DNA of 64,000 bases, from contig CP075497.1 of assembly GCA_021613535.1 (NCBI GenBank), forward strand, positions 8,060,001 through 8,124,000, read 5' to 3'. Made by a program: the position numbers and the translations under genes. The notes beneath the pieces were generated by a model. It was not told the origin of the DNA. It did not search any database and saw only the letters and a list, made by a program, of their open reading frames with translations. The DNA comes from Adineta vaga (taxonomy: Eukaryota; Animalia; Rotifera). This document shows positions 14,348 through 26,430 of this stretch, one piece after another (position 1 is the stretch's first letter; each line of letters opens with the position of its first letter).

Positions 14348-15966
14348 ATACCAAAGAACTTGTTTGAAAATCATCTTTGTGATATCTATTTGAACACTTA
14401 TTTATTTACACAAACATCGTTTTTTTTCTCTTCTATTATTATTCATTGTTATTCAACTCTTTCTTTTTTTCTTTTGTTTATCCTTGCATTTGAAGTCGAT
14501 TTGAGATTCTCTCAGGACAAATGAGAAGTAAAAACGAGTTCTTTCAGTGTTTTAGTTCCAGGTATATTCTCTCTCTCTCTTTCTTTCTTTCGGACTGATA
14601 AGATCTGTTTTTTTTCCTCTTTTTTTTCCATTCCATAAGGTTTATTTATGTTAACTTCTCATTGAGAGGATTGAGTGAGGGAATAGTCATTTTCAGTTAT
14701 GTATTTCATTTGCATTGGGTTGCTTTTTTTCCGTTTTTTTAAAATATATATATGAATCTCTATGAATTAAAATCTTTGATGAATTCCAATCGATCGATAT
14801 GAATGAAATTTAACTGAAAGATACATGATTCTAAAAATTGAGTAGCGTACCAAGAAATGTTAATAATATCAAAAAGTTCAATCAATGATAGATATTGATT
14901 CTCGCAAGAGGGCCGAAAACCTGGCAACTGAATATGTATTTAAAAATCGTTCAGTTTACAGGTGATGAGCCTATTTCTCGAAAATCACTTCATCGAAACT
15001 AATTGATTTGTATGATTTTAAATTGATATTAATGTCGACTAGTGGCTAATGTCGTGCAGATACGCAAATGCTTGCTTTATTTCGATTAAAACTAATCATC
15101 AGCAAACAAATGTGAACCTGTTCGACGAATAACCATGTTCATTCCAACTGATATTCTTCTACGAAAATAGATCCTTATATACTAGTTGTACTATCTTCCT
15201 GTCAAATCATTTTCCACCAATAGAATATTGAAAATGTTTATCTCTCTCATTTCGATTCGTTAAATATGCTAAGATAAATCAAGACAAGTTCATTATTTAT
15301 TCAAGAAAAGTGACTAATCGTTTTTAAAAAATGTTCATATTGCTTGACAATTTGTTTATTATTGAAAAATGATTCTTCGATGTTAACAAACCGTATCAAT
15401 CTTTGTTTCTCTTCCTCATTCTTGTACGTGACTGATAGAATGAAGTTGAGAAAATAAATTCGAGTGAATAAAGAAAGAGAAGAATCATGCTAATCAATGT
15501 CTGATGCATTGATGATGGAAGATACATCATTCATTTAATCTATTGAGAAATACAAACATGTATTGTTTTTTTTTGTACGAAAAATATTGAATAAAACCAT
15601 TGAAATGTAATTCAGTTGATTGTTCCGATAACTCACTACGTACATATTCAATGAATAGAATCATTTCTGCTATTACATGTCATGACAATGATTGATGATA
15701 TCAATTAGTTTGTTAAAGAAGTTTCTTTCATAACATAATATCAATTGATATGTGTCTGTAGGATATACTGTCACTAGTCTATTAGAGATGATGTATGAGA
15801 AGAAGAAATAAAGAAATGATTCGTATCAATTATCTTAAAGTGAATCAGTTGTTGATTTCTCTGTTCAACTAGTTCTTCTTAGATATTATTACATATTTTT
15901 ATTGAGAAGTGTGAAGAAAAATATTTATACAACACATTAGTAAAAGATGGTTTTTTTTGTGTACAA

Positions 15967-17349
15967 TCAATATGAAACCGATTCATTCAAGTTCATATCT
16001 GATTGAAAGAGATATTTTCGAAATTTAAGAATAACACGTACAGGTTCATTTGATGATTCATTCACGTCTTTCATAATTAAGTCTCGTGTTTCATTTGAAA
16101 GTCCATCTAAACAATAAGATTAATATATTCTAATATGAAACTTTGATTTTATTGTTCATTACATACTTGGTATGCAAATTTTAAATTTTCCAACTGGACA
16201 ACCTTTCGCAGTTTCGATATAACCTTGTTCTCCAGTACTTAATTGTACATTGAAATTATCAAATATTTCAATATTAGTATCTTGTTTAAATAAATCACGT
16301 GCAAGTAATGTATTTGCATCGAGAATACGATCAATAAAACCGAATTTTTCTACAAGTAATTCAACAATTGATTGTTGTTGTTCTTTATTTTTCGTATTTT
16401 TTTCTTCTGCTTTTTCAGCACGTATTTTTGCCATTGTGTATAATGATAGATAGCTATCTCGTTCTAATAAAGTTTTTTCTAATCGTTCTTGCATCTATTG
16501 AAAACGAATTCAATAAATTCTAGGATAATCGCATGAAAAGAATTTTTACTTCAAGTAATTCTTGATTTGTATCAAGATTTTTCATTTGTTCACGTAATTG
16601 ATCATTATTTTTCTTCAAAATTAAATATGTTGAACGAAATAATTCAATTGTTTCAGCATATTTCTCAAACGATTTATCATTGGTAAAGTAACGTTTCTAA
16701 AGCAATAAAAAAATAGTGCCTATGTAATATAAGATATATCGAAAGATTGTATTTTACATTCATTTCATCAAAAAATGCATCGCTAGTCATTTGTTGTCCA
16801 TCTTTGAAGAGAGTTGATGGTGCCAATGTATGAGGCACTTGTGCTATATATATATATATATATAAAACGGATAGTTTTCATTATCGATGCAAGAATTTAT
16901 TTGTACTTAATAATAATTGATTTTGCGAAAGAATCGATTGCATACGTTGTTTAAAATCATTGGTCATTTCATCAACTGTCGATGTTATTTGTTGTTCAAC
17001 ATTACGTAAACGTTCAATGTTCGCCATTTCACTCAAAGCATATGCCTAGAAGATACATCAACGAAGAGAAGAGAGTTGAATAGACGAAGTACCTCCATTC
17101 GATCGTTGGACAAACGTAATTTTTGATCCCATAGTTGAAGAATACTTGTATTTTTTTCATTAATTAAAACTTGTTTACGTTTAATAGATAAGGGTGTCGA
17201 AGGATCATTGTTTTCCTACGAAAGAAAAGTTGCTATGCTATAAAAATGATAATTGATATTAAACATACTTTAGCGCTAAGTGAACTAATAGTTGGATGTG
17301 GAGATGATGCTAATATTACATCCGATTTTGATTGATGGATAGGCTGCAT
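15967..17349 (-). CDS. Coiled-coil protein with a C-terminal eEFSec (eukaryotic SelB) domain-4-like module; about 7 exons
   Basis: Spliceable ORF from MQPIHQSK; heptad-like E/K/Q/L middle; C-terminus KFGFIDRILDANTLLARDLFKQDTNIEIF..VQLSTGEQGYI..GKFKICIP|NGLS..VILKFRKYLF. Confidence 0.75.
16845..16864. repeat. (TA)n microsatellite in an intron
   Basis: About 10 consecutive TA units. Confidence 0.9.
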
Positions 17350-18351
17350 TTTCACGTTTTATGACAATGATATAGTAGTGAAAAACTTACTATAGTTAAG
17401 TTTTATTAACAAAAGACAATGTGTCATTGTGTCTTTGTGAAATACAATTAAATATCATATGCATCTGTTATATTGTATTACTTTGAAATCTTAGTTTCGA
17501 TGAAAATTCAAAAGAAAAGTTTGAAAATATTGAGATAAATCTAAATGCATAAATGTGTTAATTTCAAATGATCTCTTTGCAATCATTTGAATCTATCAAA
17601 TACTATAGGATAGAAGTCATCATTTTTGGCTTTAAAAAAATAAAAATAAAATCATTCAAGTTTAAATTTCATTTGAACTTTAGTAATAGATTGATAAATA
17701 TTGATATATCATTGTATAGAATATGATGAACTTATTGAAGGAGAGCAGGTATAATCAATAACATTGAACAACGAATATTTGTGATCATTTTCTATGATCT
17801 GTGAGAGAATGCTTAAAACTTTTCTCTAACGTCTCTGAATAGATTGTGATAAAAACGATAGCATTTCAGATAATGAAGATAGTTTTGTAGGATATTTTTG
17901 TTGAATGATTAAATAGATAATGTCGCTTTATCAAAGAAGATTTTTCGCAGAGAAAAAGTAGTCGTTTGACTTGACTTGACTCGACTCTGTTCTTGAATTC
18001 ATTGACAGATGTCATTGATTTATTGATTAAGAATATAAATCTACTACTGACATCTATGTGATAATAAAATAAAAACGAAATGTATTTCTGTATCGAAAAG
18101 AAAAAGAAAAAAAATAATTTTATCATTGTTTTCAAATGAAATTTTTTTGAAATGCTTCAATAATTTATCATCAATACAGAAGATTTTATTTATTTCCTGT
18201 CCTATCACATTGATATTTACTATTATTTTTGCTTGCCTCTTCCTGTCCTATGTGTTCTGTTCTTTTGGAGATTCTCAAGTGATAATCGATGTCAAATATT
18301 TTCTTTATATATACTTTCTAGATTAAATCCATTAAAAGAACTAATAGAATA

Positions 18352-21300
18352 ATGATTAGTCCACTTCCTTCTTCATATAGAAATAATAGTTCTCGTCGAT
18401 TACGTTCTTCACGTTCACCACCTGGTGCTATTTCTCTTTCAAAACGATCGAAACCATCCAATTCACCTGATTTTTATGATGATCAACGTCATAAACAAGT
18501 TGATCCATATGATTATACATCGATTTGTGTCAAACAGATTAATCCAAAGATATCGGATTCAAGTGATTAATTGAACTAAAAGAAGTTGTACGATTTTACA
18601 TGTTTTTATTTGATATAGGAGTTCGAGAACTATGTGATAAGAAATTTTCGAAATATGGTCTACATTCAGTAAAGATTTTTCGTAAATCAAATGAACGTAT
18701 AGCATTTATTAATTTTACCAATGGTAAAGACGCACGAAGAGCTCGACAAGCTGAAACAGATCTTATATGGGATGGAATGGAAATTTTTCTAGAACCGTAA
18801 GTTTGCTCATATGTTAATTTCTGTTTGTTGGCATTTGTTCTATGTAAATATAGAGTTTTTTATCGGAAATCTATTCCAGCCAATCGACCAATTAGTCCTG
18901 GATTGCTTCATCAACGTTTTGTAGCTGATCACCGTTCTAGTCGTCGACCACCAGCACGACACTCTCCATCACCTCCAATAAATTATCAAAATCATTTCTA
19001 TCATCCATTACCATCACAATATCAACATCCTATGTCTCCACCACCATTTCCTCATTCTCGTTCTCGTGCTTCTCGATCATCACATCGAAATTATTCACCA
19101 TATATACCATTACCACCTGATCTAATGAACTATAATGAAAAGAAATCAAATCGTTTACAACGACGTCCATCTCCATCATCTGATCGTCGTCGTCATCATC
19201 AAAAACAAACCTCTCGACAACAACGAAGTCGAAGTCCGACAAATCGTCGATCACCATCTCATCGAGTTAATTTAGAACATGAACCTGTAATTCAACAAGA
19301 ACCATCACGCACTTTATTTATTGAAAATCTTGAACGAAATATCACTGAATCAGTTTTAGAACAAATCTTTAGTCGATATGGATTAATCGAAGATAGTAAG
19401 AAAAAGAAACCAATATTTTCTACACTAAAACTTCATTTTATCTAGTTCGTGTAAAAAATCCATCATCATCATCATCAAAACGTGCTTCAGCTATAATTAA
19501 ATTTGAAAATATGGAAACGGCTTATCGTGCTCGTCAAGCAATGGATGGTCAATCTATTGGAGAAACTATATGCAAGATTGGCTATGGTATGTATATAATC
19601 ATATTTCTTACTTTCTTTTTCCTCATTACTAATAGCTCTTAAACCTCGTTCGCTTGCATTGTATTCCAATATCTTTTATTAAGAATATGCTTGATTACTT
19701 ACTACCGCTTTCTCATTCCTATTTATCTCATATCTATTTTCACATGCACCCATCTTCTCATTTTAGAAATTTTGTAAAAAGAAAATTATATTGAGCCTGT
19801 TTAATATTAATTGGAGTATTATATCATGATAATATAGTTGCATCTGAGAGAATTGATACATATAACATAAATCCATGTAGACAAAAAAGAACAAATCTGA
19901 GTACATACACATCATCAAACGATTATAAATGACTGTGTCATTTACAAATTATTATTCATAGATATATACAGATACTTGACAAATGAAATTTCAGCATAAA
20001 TAATAAATACATATGTCAAGCGGAGTAGAGATGGTGTTTTGGTTATCATATTTTTATTATCTTATTTGATATGTTACTATATAATATGGTTTACTCATTT
20101 ACCTACATATAAATGTATATAAATCCAAGTTGGTTTTGTCGATATGAATCGATGTCACTATCATTCGTCCTTTTCGACAACTCTGTTTCTTTAATTCTTC
20201 CGTGCTTCTATCTATCTATATTTTGGACACGATATTCTTTCATTTTATAGAAAGATAATAATGATGGGTTGATTAATTGGTGAAAGACATTGCTCTATCC
20301 GTTCTACATCGAAATCTGGCTTATATCTTTCATTCGACGTCTATAAGATAATAGAAATATTCTTTTTTCTCTCTCGAACAATATCCAAAAAATATCGTTG
20401 GTCATTCATATTATCATTGTTGAGACAATTATCCTTTCTTTCTCTTGATCTATGTATAAAAATATCATGGTTTATATGAACATAACAGCGTTTGATGAAA
20501 TCTATGCCATTTGAATAATGTATATATTTTTCAGGCAGAACTGGACCAAGTAGACATTTATGGATTGGAAACATATCTAAAAATATGCGACGACGTGATC
20601 TTGAACATATATTTTCACGATATGGACCTATTGAAAAATTTCGATGTTCATTTGGTAGTTCATCGGCAATAATTACCTATGTCGATATTGAAGATGCAAT
20701 AAAAGCTCGAACAAAACTTAATGGTGCTTTACAAGTAACTGGTGGACAAGTTACTTCTAAACAATCTGATTCAATGACATTATCATCCGAAGGTACGAAA
20801 AAAAAAATATTGATAAAAATCAATCAAATCTATTACGATAATTTTTATTTTATTTTCTAGGATTTCATATTGATTATTATGATCGTTCGACAATTGTTCG
20901 TCGTTTTATCAATCGATTAGTTCAAAGTATTCCCAATCGACGTGAATCAAGATCATCATCAAAATCATCATCTCATAAAAGTTCATCTGAATCACGAGCA
21001 TCAACTCGTTCACGTTCTCCATCGAATCATCCAGATACAACAGAACAAAATAATGATACAAATGCAATTGAAAATGTTAAAACTGAAACACATTCACGTT
21101 CGCCAACACCACCGATTGCAAATACAATTAAACAACGACGATCAACAGATCGGAGTGAAACTCCTTCCTTAACAGGTTTATCTCCTGTTGCTGGACGAAC
21201 TTTTCATGGTCCATTAGGTTCTTATCTATCAACAAATGACACTACAAATATAAATAATGTCAATGCATTGATGGTTCTTTGTGAACAATTAAATTCTTCA

Positions 21301-22472
21301 GCAACACAAAATAATACAGCTTTATCAACTGTTTATCCTGTTCAATTTGTATTAAAATCTCATGCATATGATGCACGGATGCATTTTCTTGCTGGAAGTC
21401 CAACATTAGCTAGTCTTCTACTCGGTATTTATTTATTTCAATCATGATTATGAATAGAATATTTTTGATTTTATTTAGGTCAACCAGGTGATCTTGTTGC
21501 AGCAAAGACTGAATTACGAATCACACAACGACTTCGACTTGAACAACATAGATCAGATGATTTAGAAAAGAAACTTCGTGCCAATGTCATTGCTGCTCTA
21601 AGTACAGTGGGAAATGATTCAAATTCTAACTCAACTAATCATTTATCTAATGATTTAACAACCATAAGTAGTCGAAAACAACAGATACTTCCAAATCAAA
21701 CGAAATTTTCGATACTTATTGCTACACCAAAGATCCATAATCCTAATGAAATAACAAAACCAGATCAAGAAGATACAACAAATGGTCATATAAAAAATGA
21801 GAGTGCTTCACCTCCACCACCACCACCACCGTCCGATACAAATGATGAACATATAAAAATCAAAGAAGAAACCATCGATAAAACTGCTGCTGCTGATGAA
21901 GATGAAGCTATACTTTCTCGTTTAATCTCTTATTTAGTTGAGTAAGTTCAAACAAACAACTATCTTTTACATCTTTTCCAGTTTTTTTTAATAATTATTT
22001 AATAGTCAGTAGATTTCTAGAACATCTCTCTCTCTGGTAATTATGTATCTACTTCCGTGCATGTTTATCTCTAAGATATCTGCTTGTCGATGATTCAACT
22101 ATAATCATTCGAAATAGACTGATCGGAAGTCATTATGATAACTATTGAGAATTACAAAGTCACATTTGATATTATTATTTCCATTCTATTCTTTCTATTT
22201 GATTAATAAATTTCTTTTCATCCATTTCTAGAAAAGAAGCGGCTGGTGTCATTTCAATTCCGTTTTATCCAACATATCATCAGGATTACAATCATACATC
22301 TCGACAAGAAACAGCTGTATTACATATCTTTCCTCCATGTCAATTTAGTAAAAAAGTTTTAAAACTAATCTGTCCATCGATAACATTCATCGATGAATCA
22401 CATCCATCATTACATTCCAATGGCAAAGTTCTTGACGAACATTTAATGGTCGTTATTATCCACAGTGAATAA
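18352..22472 (+). CDS. RBM15: Spen-family RNA-binding protein with 3 RRMs and a SPOC domain (RBM15/Spenito-like)
   Basis: RRM1 (RIAFINF..DARRAR), RRM2 (SRTLFIENLE..FSRYGLIED..CKIGYG), RRM3 (PSRHLWIGN), SPOC (LRITQRLRL, LISYLVE|KEAAGVI, LHIFPPCQFS, HLMVVII). Confidence 0.8.
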
Positions 22473-22799
22473 TCGAATACACTTTCAGATGTTTAATAAA
22501 TCTCCTTTTCTTATCTCTTCATCGTACTTTTAACTGATATTTACGTAGATCAACTAATACTGTGATTATTACAACCAAATATTCTTTCATTTTAGTGATT
22601 TAACATTGTAGCGTGCATTTTTTTTGTACATTTTTCGTTAGGGTTTTTTTCTTTTTCTCGTACTTTTTTCATTTCGACCTACACAAACAAGTAATTTGTG
22701 TAATCAATCTCTCTCTTTTTGTTTTCTTATTTTTGCTTTTTCAATGAAACAATGTTGACGTTCTCAAATAAATCTTACTCTTGTTAATTTTCTTTTCAG

Positions 22800-25088
22800 A
22801 TGACCGATACCGATATATTAACCGATTTGGAAACATTCAATGATGCAATGGTACATTTCAAAGAAGCAGTGGATGGAAAAGGTAAAGATTTATTTTATCG
22901 AAAAATGAATCTAAATCTCATCTTTCAAATAGATCTAGAACGTATGCCTATAATTTTTAATCAATTATTAACTATTCTCAAACATATCATTGAAACTTAT
23001 CGATTAGTTGATTCGATCGATGTTTTGGAATATGCGACTAAACTAATACATCTTTTACAAGGTAAGAAATGAAGATATGAAACAAATCGTCAAAGTAAAT
23101 ATTCTATTACAGAAGTTCATTCATCTGAAAATACAAATTATGATTCTGAACCATTCTCACAAGCAATTGATCAATTAGCGTTATGTTTAAGTGCAAGGTA
23201 AGTTGATGACTTTGAATAAAAACACGAAATTATCTTCTCTCTTTGTAGAATTACAAATCGTTTTATTCTTCCATCATCAATCAATTCAGAAGCGAATGAT
23301 ACGAATGATAAAACGAATAATACGAATACATCAAATCGAGAAAGTGATGTTACATTTGATATTTTAATGAAACGTAATGATGGCGTTGATATTGCTCATG
23401 AACATGCAAAATATTTATCAAAATATATGTTTTCATTGGTACATTATGTTCAAGAACGATCCGTTGAAGAAACTAATCATGTTGATCGAACATCGAAAAT
23501 ACTTAATAATTGTTCATTATCATCATTTTTAACTACATATCGATATTTACCTGGAATAGAATTGATGATTAAACAATTAAAGAAAGATACTGAACATTAT
23601 TCAAGAATGCAATCAACATGGATGGTTTTACAAACACATGAATTTGTTGGAGTAAGAAATAACGAAAAACAATCATTCAATGAAATAAATCCTCATTTCT
23701 TCTTTCTCTTTTTTTTTAGAAACTCGATTCTTGGAGAACATATCATGATAGTGTGAGAAAAACAGTTAAAATTCAATGGGATAAATGTTTCAAAAGATAT
23801 GTAAGTCATTCCATTGACATTATTTTCTCAATTATAAAAATTCATTTTTCTAGCAACAAGCTATGCAAACTGTCGAAGAAGTTCGTACAAATTCCAAATC
23901 GATTATTCATCTTCCAACATCATCATCATCATCATCAACATCGTCAGATCCCCTTCATCATTCAGTTAATCTTTCGATTTCATTACCACATACTGCACTT
24001 CAACGCACAGCATCATCTCCACCAACAATTCATACAACTCCAACACCATTACCATTACCTTTAACAAACGAAACAAATTTACAATCAGCAAAGAATGATC
24101 TTGAATTAAAACAAAAAGAACTTCAATTAACTAAAACTGAAACATTAACAATACTTAATAAATTAATTCTCAATACAGAAAATGTTATTCTTGAATCATT
24201 AAATACATATTTTCGTTTAACTGATTTTCTAACAAATCCTGCATCAACATATATTCCACGTTCAACAAATGATTTAATATCAACTTATAAGACTTATATT
24301 CAATCACTTCCACCACCTTGTTCAAATCAAGATGAAAATTTATCAACAAAAGATAATTCAATTCGACGAATTCCTCTTATTATTCAACTCTGTTGTCATT
24401 GTATTGAACAACTTGAAGGACATAAAATCAAAGGTATCTATCGTTTATCAGGTGTAAAATCGAAAGTAGATTATCTCTGTCGACAATTTGTCCAAGGTGT
24501 TGAATTAAATGAAACAGATTTAATAAATAATTATTCAGCAATTGTACTTGCTAATGCTGTGAAAAAATATCTACGTGAATTACCTGTTCCATTATTATTA
24601 ATTGTTGATTTATCGGATTCATCAATTTTACTTCAAAATGAATTAATGAATATTGGAAAAGAAATTTATGTTTCAACAAGTCAAGTTTCATCACGTGTTA
24701 ATGATCGTTTAAGACAAATTCTTGAACAAAGAATATCTTATCATGCTAAACAAGCTTTAATTCATTTACTTAAACATTTACATTTAATATCATTGAGTGA
24801 ACAAGAAAATCAAATGTCTGCTACTAATTTAGGAATTGTTTTTGGACCGACACTCTTTAAATCACAACAACAGTAAGAATCACTTTCTCATTCAGTTTTA
24901 TATCTATTCTTTGTATTTTGATTTAGAACGGAAGATGATACAACACTTTCCACGTTACTTGAAGCACCTTATCAAGCAAAATTAATCGAATATTTAATCG
25001 TCAATGTCAATGTAAATTCTATGAAATTTCTCTCTATATTCTATTTTCTTTGTTTTTCTTTTAGGATCTTTTTATCTCAGACATATAG
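22800..25088 (+). CDS. Rho GTPase-activating protein of the ARHGAP45/ARHGAP29/GMIP type (degenerate F-BAR plus RhoGAP)
   Basis: GVDIAHEHAKYLSKYM..YVQER resembles the F-BAR start; GIYRLSG arginine finger, KKYLRELPVPL, ENQMSATNLGIVFGPTL. Confidence 0.85.
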
Positions 25089-26430
25089 TCATATTCTCTA
25101 GTCAATTGTATGTCGAAATCTCAAATCTATACAAAGAATATGTGTGTATTTGTGTGTTTTTGATGTCTTACATTCTATTTTAAACTCATTATCTATTTTA
25201 TACTTATAACGTAAAAATAAATATGTAATTATATTGTATTTCTTTGATATTCTACGTCTTCTTATTTTGTCATTAATAAAAAATAAATGAAATGATTGTA
25301 TTAGATTAATAAATGCATCTCATACGTATGATTTTACTTGTTATTCGTCATGATTCTATTCAGAAATAGAAATGAATCATGTAATTGTTTTGTTTATTTC
25401 AGTTCAGTGCAAATGTAATATGAACTTATGTTTTGAGAATATCAGGAAAACTATTGTGTTTACATCTTTATTCTTATTTAAATATAGTTATGAAGAAATC
25501 CGATAGATATTGTTAACATAAATGACGATTAATAGACTGTTTTGTAATTTGAAAATGATTAGGTTGAAAGAGTTTTCTACTTCGAACCATCTGTATAATA
25601 GATCTTCCAAATGAATTATTTATAATTGTTACTATGACGATGAAAATGTTATGAATAGGACTTTTTTCTAGGCATAGAATAATAAAATATGGAAAATGAT
25701 GAAATCAAGGTTGAGTTTTGTTTATGAATTTAGAGTACAATTCTTCGATTGACAAGCATATTTATATATTTTGTAAAGTCAATCCTTCGAGTAATGATCG
25801 ATAGAACATTAAGTACATCATTTTTTAAAAATTCATTCTTACTTATCTAGTGTCTAATCAACATTAACTGATCATATAAGAAACTTGATCGTTATTCATC
25901 AGTCTATTATTAATAAATGACTTTGATTTTCAAGGTAAGATTTTACTTTCTTCAAAAGTATACAACTATTTTTAGCCATGAATAAGAATTCTTTCTTTTA
26001 ATGATTTATAAAATTGATTCTTAATTCTTTTTCAAACTTTTTTTATTGACATTTATATAGTCATGAGGTTTTGTAACAGAAAAAAACGTACGAACTCACC
26101 GGACGATCGCGCGCATTATTCTGTATAAGAGTTATTGCTAATAACATAAAAAAATAAAGCATACAAACGAAAAGATCCTCTAAATCATAAAACATAGCAG
26201 CAGCAACAACAACAAGAAGAAGATTTTTCACAGCGTCTGTCTGTTGAAAATAAAAGACACATACACACACACACACAAGAAACTTTCAGCAGCCAGCACC
26301 GAGAGTCCAGACACATACACAAGAAAATACAATCAAAGCACATCAAGAAGAATACAGAAACAACGAATTAATAAAATGTTTAACGCGATCTCGAAAGTTC
26401 TTCTTACAGTAATCATAGAATTACTAATCA

